Shown: positions 18,842 through 26,606 of the stretch, piece after piece
Layout of the letters: each line of letters starts with the position of its first letter
How positions within the stretch are numbered: the first letter of the stretch is position 1
Source: an uncultured virus (IMG/VR IMGVR_UViG_3300028854_000017)
Taxonomy: Duplodnaviria > Heunggongvirae > Uroviricota > Caudoviricetes
Length of the DNA: 64,000 bases
IMG/VR virus record: IMGVR_UViG_3300028854_000017
Direction: 5' to 3' (one strand)
The notes under the pieces: generated by a model
Database searches by the model: none
The model's input: the letters and a program-made list of their open reading frames with translations, nothing else
Told to the model about the DNA's origin: nothing
Program-made: the position numbers and the translations under genes

Positions 18842-18852
18842 ATTATACCCGG
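18842..18852 (-). promoter_or_regulatory. CCGGGTATAAT promoter motif
   Basis: Exact motif, intergenic. Confidence 0.85.
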
Positions 18853-18877
18853 ATCAATTAGATGCGGATTGTATCAT

Positions 18878-20374
18878 TCAAAAAACTACAACCTTGATGC
18901 ATTGCGGACAAATGAATTTTCCTAGATAGTGAGCAACCATCGCATTATCAGCCTCAGACAATTCGTATACCGTCTTCGATTTCTTACCACAAGCAGTACC
19001 GTCTTGATTCTTGGCGTGAAATGTTTCCTTATCCTTCCCCAAGTTCACAAACTTCAATTTGGTTGATGGAGGTTCCTTCAACGGAGTGATGGCTACGTTA
19101 ACTCCAGTAGCGGCATTAGCATAGACTTTAGCCTTCGCTTTAAGTTTAGCGTATGCAGATTCTTCACCTAGCGAATTACCTACCTTCAACGTCTTCTTAG
19201 CTTTGATTATTGGTTTAAACTCAGCATCTTTCACGTCATACAACTCTACAAGCTTATCAGTCAACTTACTGCTTAACTTATCATTCTCCTTTACTGAAAT
19301 TTTGCCTTTCTTGCTTGGTAATGGGACATCGCCATATATTGCATCCTCAGAATTTACCACAATATCGTGGTAAATATTGCAGCTAGTGCAATATTTACCA
19401 CCACTGGGAATAGTTACAGCACACAGACAGCATACAGATGTGGTTTGTTTATATTGTTTGTCGTAGCACTGATGACACACGTAATTACTAGTGGCTTTTG
19501 TAGCTACCCATATTCCACAAAACTGACAGTGCTCGGTTTTCCACCCTGTATCTGCCTTCTGATCTGTATTGTTAAGGTATTCCACTAAATATGCAGGGCT
19601 TACACATAGATTCTGAGCCTCGTTTATCACCCAATTGAAATCCAATTCATTATATTTGAACGTAGCCGTCTTACACATTGGGCAATACGTGTCGTCGATA
19701 ACGATATTTCCACACTTCAGACATGGCGATTTCTTCGGCTGAACGGCAAGCGATACATCTTCGCCAACAAAACTTTTTGCAGATTCAGCGCTGAAATCCG
19801 TCGGAACGTACAACTGATCGATCTTAATTTGGTTGACATCAAAGGTAGAAAAAGGGGTTGATGGTGAAGACGTGTACACGAAATTACCTTCATACGGCGC
19901 GTATACAAACTGAGCGTCCTTAAGTATGTCCACATTACCTTCACCTACAGACATATCAGGATTTTCCAATGCCTTCATACTCGCTTTGGCTTGGCTTGGC
20001 AGCATTACATTTATATCGCATGTCTTCGCAATATCTTTAAACTTTTCGATAGTGTTTTGAAAATAGCTGGCTTTACCAGCTGCATTCGAACCCCAATGTA
20101 AATCAGGCATATAATCAAGTATCTTTGCTTCAGAAGCATCATTCCCAAAGTTACCGCTCACAAGATCAATCGCGCTCTTTAATATTTCTGGAGTGAGGTT
20201 AGCTTCTATTTTTTTACTAGTCTCTGTATTATCTGATTCGCTGTTTTTCTTACCGACATACTCTGGCAATACCGACACTTTCTTGGAAATGACGCCGAGC
20301 AGCGTCTGAAAAGCTTCAGATATGCTATCCGTATAAACTGCCTCTTGGGGAGGCCCATTATCATTAAGTTCCAC
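18878..20374 (-). CDS. 498-aa multi-Zn-ribbon hypothetical protein
   Basis: Seven CxxC-type pairs plus H....TACG...CPQC at the C-terminus. Confidence 0.7.
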   Translation of the reverse strand: MELNDNGPPQEAVYTDSISEAFQTLLGVISKKVSVLPEYVGKKNSESDNTETSKKIEANLTPEILKSAIDLVSGNFGNDASEAKILDYMPDLHWGSNAAGKASYFQNTIEKFKDIAKTCDINVMLPSQAKASMKALENPDMSVGEGNVDILKDAQFVYAPYEGNFVYTSSPSTPFSTFDVNQIKIDQLYVPTDFSAESAKSFVGEDVSLAVQPKKSPCLKCGNIVIDDTYCPMCKTATFKYNELDFNWVINEAQNLCVSPAYLVEYLNNTDQKADTGWKTEHCQFCGIWVATKATSNYVCHQCYDKQYKQTTSVCCLCAVTIPSGGKYCTSCNIYHDIVVNSEDAIYGDVPLPSKKGKISVKENDKLSSKLTDKLVELYDVKDAEFKPIIKAKKTLKVGNSLGEESAYAKLKAKAKVYANAATGVNVAITPLKEPPSTKLKFVNLGKDKETFHAKNQDGTACGKKSKTVYELSEADNAMVAHYLGKFICPQCIKVVVF

Positions 20375-20387
20375 AATACTCAGCCTT

Positions 20388-20708
20388 TCAAGATTGTGAT
20401 GCGATTATATCTTTGGTTTCGCTGATCACTTGGGTGAATAACGGAATAAAGGCAATGACTGGTTTCATCGGAGTTTTTTCCAGCTTGGCTTTAGCTTCCT
20501 GATCACCATTCAACCGATGCAGAACGATATCGAGAATATCGACATAGGGCCGTTCATCGGTTTCACCTTTAGTCGGGTGGTTCAAAGCCATTTCCACCAG
20601 CTTGATGGATTGGGCAACGGTAACGGGCTGTTCTCCTGCATTCGTCATGTCTCGAATAAGAGTTTCCAACCTATCGTAGAGCATCTCATTCATTTCCGGA
20701 CTTTGCAT
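20388..20708 (-). CDS. hypothetical protein
   Basis: 106-aa ORF with SD, downstream of ruvB. Confidence 0.7.
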   Translation of the reverse strand: MQSPEMNEMLYDRLETLIRDMTNAGEQPVTVAQSIKLVEMALNHPTKGETDERPYVDILDIVLHRLNGDQEAKAKLEKTPMKPVIAFIPLFTQVISETKDIIASQS

Positions 20709-20721
20709 CTTGTTTCCCTTC

Positions 20722-20949
20722 TTATTCTGCGAAGTGTTCTTTCATGTGGTTTATACACGTCATGGCGGCGTGTAGATTGGAGAACGGCTTGCTAAACAAC
20801 TTCTGTCCACCCTTGGCAACAAAATCAACGTTGATATTGGTGGGGTCTGTTGTGGTGTCGATGTAAGCAGTCATGTTCTTGGATACGTAGAAACCATCCC
20901 GTTCTTCTGGTCGAGGCTTCTCCGGCTCACCTATAACGATTGGGGACAT
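20722..20949 (-). CDS. hypothetical protein
   Basis: 75-aa ORF overlapping the ruvB end; AAGGAG SD. Confidence 0.65.
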   Translation of the reverse strand: MSPIVIGEPEKPRPEERDGFYVSKNMTAYIDTTTDPTNINVDFVAKGGQKLFSKPFSNLHAAMTCINHMKEHFAE

Positions 20950-21860
20950 AGTAACATCTCCTTGCCGAATTCCGTAAGCACCCTGCCCTTTGGTGTGCGC
21001 TTGATAATCTTCATGTGCATGAGGAATGGTTCAATATTTCCTTGAACATTCTTTACATCTTCCCCAATTGTAGCAGCCAGCGCTTGTATCCCCATCGGTT
21101 CGTTGGAGTCGAACATTGCCTGCAAAAGCTTGCGGTCTTTAATACTGAGACCGTATTCGTCAATTTGAAGCATTTCCATCTTGGCGACGACCATATCTTT
21201 ATCGATATTAGTTAATCCAGCCAAAACACACGAGTCTATTACACGGCTCAAAAGGTTGTTTACGATGCGAGCCGTACCGCGAGCCCTCTTTCCAAGTTCT
21301 AAAGCTGCTTCTTCATCGAGATTGTACCCGGAACGATTGGCGTTGTTCGTAGCAATCGTAGCCAATTGCTCAGGAGTATAGTACTCCAGTTCAATCCACA
21401 ACCCAAACCTTGTTTGCAGTGGTTCGGAAATCTCGGAGGGCAACGTCGATGCCCCTATGATGGAAAGCATAGGAACCGGAATAGTAATGAATTCCCCGTT
21501 CTTCAGTTTCACATCCACAACCTTATCGTCGAGGATACGATACATCGATTCCTCAACTTCCCGTTTCAAACCGTGAATTTCGTCAATCAAAAGAACATCT
21601 TTGGGTTCCATTCCCAACACGATGTTCACGAAATCTGCCTTAGATTTAACGTCTGAGGCATCCTTGGCAATCAACTTTCCACCCAATTCGTTGGCAATGA
21701 CCATCGCCATGCTTGTCTTACCCAAACCACGAGGACCAACGATACATATATGGTCTAGGGATTTGCCCATTTTTGCGGCTTGGCAGGCTTCGATCAACTG
21801 CATCTTGGCATGTTCTTGCCCCGGAATGTCTTCAAACGTTACTGGACGTAATTCATTCAT
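20931..21860 (-). CDS. ruvB: RuvB-like Holliday junction branch-migration ATPase
   Basis: LRP.TFED..GQ, GPRGLGKT, LIDEIH, RFG, ARGTARI, IEPFL.....IKRTPKGR. Confidence 0.9.
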   Translation of the reverse strand: MNELRPVTFEDIPGQEHAKMQLIEACQAAKMGKSLDHICIVGPRGLGKTSMAMVIANELGGKLIAKDASDVKSKADFVNIVLGMEPKDVLLIDEIHGLKREVEESMYRILDDKVVDVKLKNGEFITIPVPMLSIIGASTLPSEISEPLQTRFGLWIELEYYTPEQLATIATNNANRSGYNLDEEAALELGKRARGTARIVNNLLSRVIDSCVLAGLTNIDKDMVVAKMEMLQIDEYGLSIKDRKLLQAMFDSNEPMGIQALAATIGEDVKNVQGNIEPFLMHMKIIKRTPKGRVLTEFGKEMLLCPQSL

Positions 21861-21892
21861 GCCATTCGGTGCGCTAAACTACAGTTCTTCCC

Positions 21893-22594
21893 TCACATGA
21901 GGAGTTTTTTCGCGATTGTCTTAATCTTGGCTTGACATTCTGAGAACGTATTCATATCCATTCCTAGATAATCGGCAATCATCTCTGGTGAGAGAATACA
22001 TTTACTGATATTTCGCTTACTTGTGGATTTAGTTGGGTCGGCTTTATCTGCGGCAATTTGGAGTAGTTCTGGGTCGGGGTCGACCATCTGTTTATACACC
22101 AATCTGCATTCGCATGTAAGTTGTTTAGCAACCTGATCTACAAGAATTTGGTAGTCTGGGTCTATCGTTGTGTTGGTTGGTAATTCCCACGATGGGCGTT
22201 CTTTATTATCACTACCAAAAAATGACGAATCGATACTTACTGGCTTAACAAATATCTTTTCCTTGATTACTTCGCCTGAATCTAGTGTTTTATCAACTCG
22301 ATACCAAGTTTTTGCATACGAATTTCGCACTATCTTGAAAAAGTCTCTCTTCAAAAGAACCGTAAGGTATGTGTTGAATTGTGCAGGAGTATCTGGTCTC
22401 CATGTGTTTCTGGCCTTATCGAGAATTTGATTACCTACAGACAACAAATCTTCTAATTCCAAACCAGAAACTCTAGAAACTTTAGAAAAAGCGATTTGAG
22501 CCTGTGCCCGAATAAAATACTGCAAGTTTTGCTCCGACAACAGCTTGGGTTTCGACGGTGAAGTAGCGAGGCTTTGAGCCGTGGATTCTAACAT
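21893..22594 (-). CDS. phage sigma-70-like RNA polymerase sigma factor
   Basis: Region-2-like ELEDLLSVGNQILDKARNTWRPDTPAQFNTYL; region-4-like HTH SPEMIADYLGMDMNTF. Confidence 0.65.
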   Translation of the reverse strand: MLESTAQSLATSPSKPKLLSEQNLQYFIRAQAQIAFSKVSRVSGLELEDLLSVGNQILDKARNTWRPDTPAQFNTYLTVLLKRDFFKIVRNSYAKTWYRVDKTLDSGEVIKEKIFVKPVSIDSSFFGSDNKERPSWELPTNTTIDPDYQILVDQVAKQLTCECRLVYKQMVDPDPELLQIAADKADPTKSTSKRNISKCILSPEMIADYLGMDMNTFSECQAKIKTIAKKLLM

Positions 22595-23003
22595 GTCTAA
22601 TATCCTTTATGAGCTTTGTAAGATGTTTAAATTGACTTGGGGTAGGTCGTAGCCCTAAATACATACGATGTACAGCTTGTGTTAGTTGTTTATGCGTGTT
22701 AGTTGCAATCGTTATCTCACGGATTATTTTAATAAAGCGATTAGCTGGCTGTTTTTTTACGAGCTCATCCAACTCATCTAAACAACGCTGTCTTGCGCAT
22801 ACTCGTTCTGAGACAAACCATAGAACGGAGAACAGTTTGAAATCTTCTTTTTTACATTTCAGTCGGATACATGTTCTACAAGCCATCTTTTTTTTGGGTT
22901 CATTGGCAGTGAGTGAACTATCCCACACAACGCATACGTATCGTTGTTCCTTACAAAACTGACAAACACCTTTCGTGAATGATGTTAAAGCGTCGATTAT
23001 CAT
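22482..23003 (-). CDS. Zn-binding hypothetical protein
   Basis: CQFC...CRTC. Confidence 0.6.
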   Translation of the reverse strand: MIIDALTSFTKGVCQFCKEQRYVCVVWDSSLTANEPKKKMACRTCIRLKCKKEDFKLFSVLWFVSERVCARQRCLDELDELVKKQPANRFIKIIREITIATNTHKQLTQAVHRMYLGLRPTPSQFKHLTKLIKDIRHVRIHGSKPRYFTVETQAVVGAKLAVFYSGTGSNRFF

Positions 23004-23563
23004 CTTAAAAATAACTTTCCTTTAATACACCTATTTTGGCTATCAAAAAAGAAAAGACACGCTTTGGCTTGGCAAAGCTGTCTGTAGCAACGTTTTTCTG
23101 TTTTAATAATACAGAATCCATCGTTATTAACTTTCGTCAGCCGTTTAATGATCTTTCCGGAGTATTTGTTTGGATGTATGGCACTGAACACACGAGGAGC
23201 GATATTGTAATAGGTTCCATTCGGACCAACTTTATCCGTTCTAACTATCCAATTAATTCCTTCCAGCAAAATTACAAGTTCTTCAAGAAGTATCTCATCC
23301 AAATCTAACCCGACAGCGTCTTGTAATTCCTGTGCATCAAAAATAGTTGAGACTAGCTGCGGCTCTTGTTTCGCAATATCAGCAGATAACCATTCAACCG
23401 TTTTTTTTATCGTCGATGTTTCCATAGTATAGTATATTTCATTGAAATAGGATGTCGGAACGTGAAAATAATTTGATATTGTCTGCTGCATCGGCAAGTT
23501 CTTTTGCAATATCATTCCCGAAAGATATAACGCACGTATTGCAGCCTTCGTAATTCGCTTCAT
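23000..23563 (-). CDS. hypothetical protein (start uncertain, probably METSTIKK)
   Basis: N-terminal part overlaps the NYN-like gene; Cys-rich C-terminus. Confidence 0.55.
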   Translation of the reverse strand: MKRITKAAIRALYLSGMILQKNLPMQQTISNYFHVPTSYFNEIYYTMETSTIKKTVEWLSADIAKQEPQLVSTIFDAQELQDAVGLDLDEILLEELVILLEGINWIVRTDKVGPNGTYYNIAPRVFSAIHPNKYSGKIIKRLTKVNNDGFCIIKTEKRCYRQLCQAKACLFFFDSQNRCIKGKLFLR

Positions 23564-23927
23564 AAATTATAGGTGTAAACACCACGTCTGTCCCCGCTAT
23601 CACCAATGTCGATATTTGGTTCAATTCCTTCTGTTCTCTAAATATAACTGTCATGGCATTAGCGATATGACATTGCTCCACTACTTCCACTACTTCAACT
23701 CCAATATCTTGCAATTTTCGTACAAGATTATTTTGGTTTTTATCCGGTTCTGTTACAACAAAAGCGAAAGTTTTTACAACATCTGTTTTACGCCATCTCG
23801 CTTTTTCAATTACCTTGGTGAAGTTTACTCTTGCCGTTTTTCCGTATTGCCGTTTTGCACATTTCCATAAATCGTACATGTTCATCAGTAATAACGTAAT
23901 TTCCATCTTGAGCCTCGTTTTAGACAA
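23439..23927 (-). CDS. degenerate NYN/LabA (PIN-fold) protein
   Basis: LVIAGTDVVFTPII......G...V..F.....ELADAAD C-terminus; several catalytic Asp positions absent. Confidence 0.55.
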   Translation of the reverse strand: MSKTRLKMEITLLLMNMYDLWKCAKRQYGKTARVNFTKVIEKARWRKTDVVKTFAFVVTEPDKNQNNLVRKLQDIGVEVVEVVEQCHIANAMTVIFREQKELNQISTLVIAGTDVVFTPIIYEANYEGCNTCVISFGNDIAKELADAADNIKLFSRSDILFQ

Positions 23928-23935
23928 TCAAGTGC

Positions 23936-24598
23936 TCACACGCCATGATTAAACTTCAAAATTGGGTTTCCGGATATATCGATGCGATACATACTACCTA
24001 CTGGAAGCTCATGAATACCAATAACATTCACAGCTGGAGGATTAACTATGTACTTCAAAGCCATCTCTACCCAATCAGGATGCGCTTCGATGATTGGGAG
24101 TATTAGGGCATTGCAGTTTGTGCATAGTAAACCACGAATACAATGCGTCTTATGATCGTGGTCTATACTGAAATTCCTTTTCGAAGTCCTTCTACAAATA
24201 GCACAGCGCCCGTCTTGGGCATCTAACATTTTTTTAAAATCTTCTCTGGTTAAACCAAAATTTTTTGAAAGGTTATAGACGTTCACACTAGCAATCAAAC
24301 ACATTTTGCACACGTTCTGTTTACCATCCGTCTTTTTCGGGTCGCCGTAAAAATCGTCTAAAGCATACACGTTTTTACAAGACAAACAACGTTTCATGCC
24401 TAGTTTCTTGAATCCACCTTTGTTAGCGAGTTCTTCATCTACTTCTAGACTATCAGGATTAATCTCTTTTCTAGTTAGTTCGCTGCAAATCTTACATTCG
24501 TTCTGTACACCATGCTTACCTTTCTTACAGGGCCAAAATTCATCACGTAATTTTAAGTCTTTGCATCGAGTACATTTCTTTTTCTTTGGAAATTCCAT
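23936..24598 (-). CDS. endonuclease VII-family nuclease with N-terminal Zn fingers
   Basis: QDGRCAIC, IDHDHKT..IRGLLCTNCN. Confidence 0.85.
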   Translation of the reverse strand: MEFPKKKKCTRCKDLKLRDEFWPCKKGKHGVQNECKICSELTRKEINPDSLEVDEELANKGGFKKLGMKRCLSCKNVYALDDFYGDPKKTDGKQNVCKMCLIASVNVYNLSKNFGLTREDFKKMLDAQDGRCAICRRTSKRNFSIDHDHKTHCIRGLLCTNCNALILPIIEAHPDWVEMALKYIVNPPAVNVIGIHELPVGSMYRIDISGNPILKFNHGV

Positions 24599-24840
24599 TA
24601 ACTTTCTATCACCTTGGAACGATGTTGATGGAGGCTTTCGACAGCTCGTGTATGAAGCAAGTTCATCGATGCCCGAATTGCTATGAGGAAATCATTAGCT
24701 CCCGTCTTTATCCACTCTCGTTCAACCAACGGAATATCTTCTCTAATATCTACAGCAGCAAAATATTCTACTCCAGCTTTTTCCACCATCTGTCTGATTT
24801 CGTCGGTCATAAAAACGCAGAAATCCAAATTGCTTATCAT
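24598..24840 (-). CDS. hypothetical protein
   Basis: 80-aa ORF, TAATG overlap. Confidence 0.55.
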   Translation of the reverse strand: MISNLDFCVFMTDEIRQMVEKAGVEYFAAVDIREDIPLVEREWIKTGANDFLIAIRASMNLLHTRAVESLHQHRSKVIES

Positions 24841-24869
24841 GATATAAACCCATATATCTATTGTAGACG

Positions 24870-25766
24870 CTACACACTGTTTTGTTTAGGCATATTTGCT
24901 CGATTAGACGGTTTAATGCCGACCGTCGACTTTAAACCGTCTCCCACCAATTTTCGCATTTCTTGTGGTTTGTTAATTGCGGCGTGATACATCATCGAAA
25001 GGTGTCCGTTAGAGTTTGAAGATGTTTGTCCTTCCCACACCCTTTCTTTCCAATGAACCCATTCGCTTGTTCCTTGAAGACTAAACATGGGATGCCACAT
25101 ATGTAATACTTGGTCTGGCGTCGTCTTGTGAGGCCAATAGAGCGTGTCAAAAGCGTGCATTGCGGCTACATCTTCACCGCCCCAACCACAAAACCTTTTG
25201 TCCCATCCACCAACCAGTTCAAAAGCTTCCCTTGGAACGATCTGTATCAAGGCACCAAACAAGTGTCCGTGTGTCGATCCAGTGTCTAGCGTGTGATATT
25301 TGTCAGGAGGAGCAGAAAACTTCAACGGTTTTTCAGGCGCAGAGTCCAGTAGATTCGATGTCGCGTTCTGGTTCAACCTGTAGAAACTACGGTATGGAAT
25401 AAACCACAATCTATTCTTACGCTTCCGAGCTGTCCTAATTTCTTCAACGCATTTCAAAACCATTTCAGTAGAAACATATCCATCTGCATCAACGATAACA
25501 AAAACATCACCCTTGGCTTTAGAGGCGGCATCATTAACAGCAGCAGCCTTAGAGAATGGAATTGTTAATCTAGCGGCATCCGAATCACTGCCCATAATTA
25601 TCTCTGCGCCGGGTAGATGAGCTTTCCAGTATTTTTCCAACCAATCCCAATTTTTAGCTCGCTGATTCGAATTGTCAGAGCATTGAAACGGGATCAATAT
25701 ACTGATTCCATGTCCTCTTCTCCAGTATAATAAGCGGCGAAACATAGCGAGTATTATCCTTATCAT
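24870..25766 (-). CDS. GT-A glycosyltransferase (GT2/GT7-like)
   Basis: SILIPF, FSKAAAVN, VDAD (DxD), GGWDKRFCGWGGED, HMWH. Confidence 0.85.
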   Translation of the reverse strand: MIRIILAMFRRLLYWRRGHGISILIPFQCSDNSNQRAKNWDWLEKYWKAHLPGAEIIMGSDSDAARLTIPFSKAAAVNDAASKAKGDVFVIVDADGYVSTEMVLKCVEEIRTARKRKNRLWFIPYRSFYRLNQNATSNLLDSAPEKPLKFSAPPDKYHTLDTGSTHGHLFGALIQIVPREAFELVGGWDKRFCGWGGEDVAAMHAFDTLYWPHKTTPDQVLHMWHPMFSLQGTSEWVHWKERVWEGQTSSNSNGHLSMMYHAAINKPQEMRKLVGDGLKSTVGIKPSNRANMPKQNSV

Positions 25767-26527
25767 TTTTTTAGCAGTCCTTTCAACTCTCGATAAGCAT
25801 CATAGATTTCAAATTTACGCTGTTCTACACTTCGTCTCAACGGGGTTCCAAGTACTCCGATATTAAGAGGATAACTGATAGATGCGCTGTAATCGATGAA
25901 TTTAAATAATCCACCCTCCGCGCTCATTTTTTCACATGCTTCGATACGCCGAGGTATTCCAAATGAATCAGCTACTATGGCTCCATGTAACGATGAAGTT
26001 ACTATTTTTCCACATTGCCCGATCTGTCTTACAATATCGAGCGGGTCGTCGTCACACTTGATCACCTTCAACGAATACTTCTTCGGCATCAGCGCTGTAA
26101 ATCTATCTGCTAGTTCTTTATCTTTCCAATGTGGAACAATACCAACATCCCACGCCCGCTCTTGTATACCCACCAATTCGTTGGCTAGTAGGCCTGGGTC
26201 TCCTAATGCAAAAGTACCCAACACACCTTTAGCTGATAGTGGACCACGTAATGCTAAAATTTTAGCTCTACGGTTATACAAGAATAACCTAGAATCAGGT
26301 CTAAGTTTCCCAGAACCCAATATATATCCTTCCCATAGCGGAGGAATATGCTCAAGAATAGAACCTACAGAAGCGATACTTGAATGTGAAATCGTGTCCC
26401 AAACTACGTTATCTAGGTCGGCGAATCTTTTAAGCAATAATGGAGCTATGGCGTCCCCGAAATTTGGGATATCCCGCCACCAATAGGCTTTAACAGTGTG
26501 GTCCTTGAACGGATACCTGAATTGCAT
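25763..26527 (-). CDS. polysaccharide pyruvyl transferase
   Basis: NFGD, VGS, RGPLS, GDPGLL, TSSLHG..VADSFGIP, FKF.DY. Confidence 0.85.
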   Translation of the reverse strand: MQFRYPFKDHTVKAYWWRDIPNFGDAIAPLLLKRFADLDNVVWDTISHSSIASVGSILEHIPPLWEGYILGSGKLRPDSRLFLYNRRAKILALRGPLSAKGVLGTFALGDPGLLANELVGIQERAWDVGIVPHWKDKELADRFTALMPKKYSLKVIKCDDDPLDIVRQIGQCGKIVTSSLHGAIVADSFGIPRRIEACEKMSAEGGLFKFIDYSASISYPLNIGVLGTPLRRSVEQRKFEIYDAYRELKGLLKK

Positions 26528-26606
26528 GGGATGCCTGTGTGATGATTTGAAGTGGCTTTCTAGCAGCTAGCTCTATTATGAGCCATCGCCTTCAGTAGTT
26601 CCAGTG

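Noticed and set aside
21321..21331. CCGGGTACAAT inside ruvB
   Set aside because: It lies deep in coding sequence, about 370 nt from the next start, so it is not counted as a promoter, although an internal promoter cannot be excluded.
26570..26595. Fluoride riboswitch (GGCGATGG start)
   Set aside because: The remaining consensus (GTTCGCC, GCTGATGAC) is absent.
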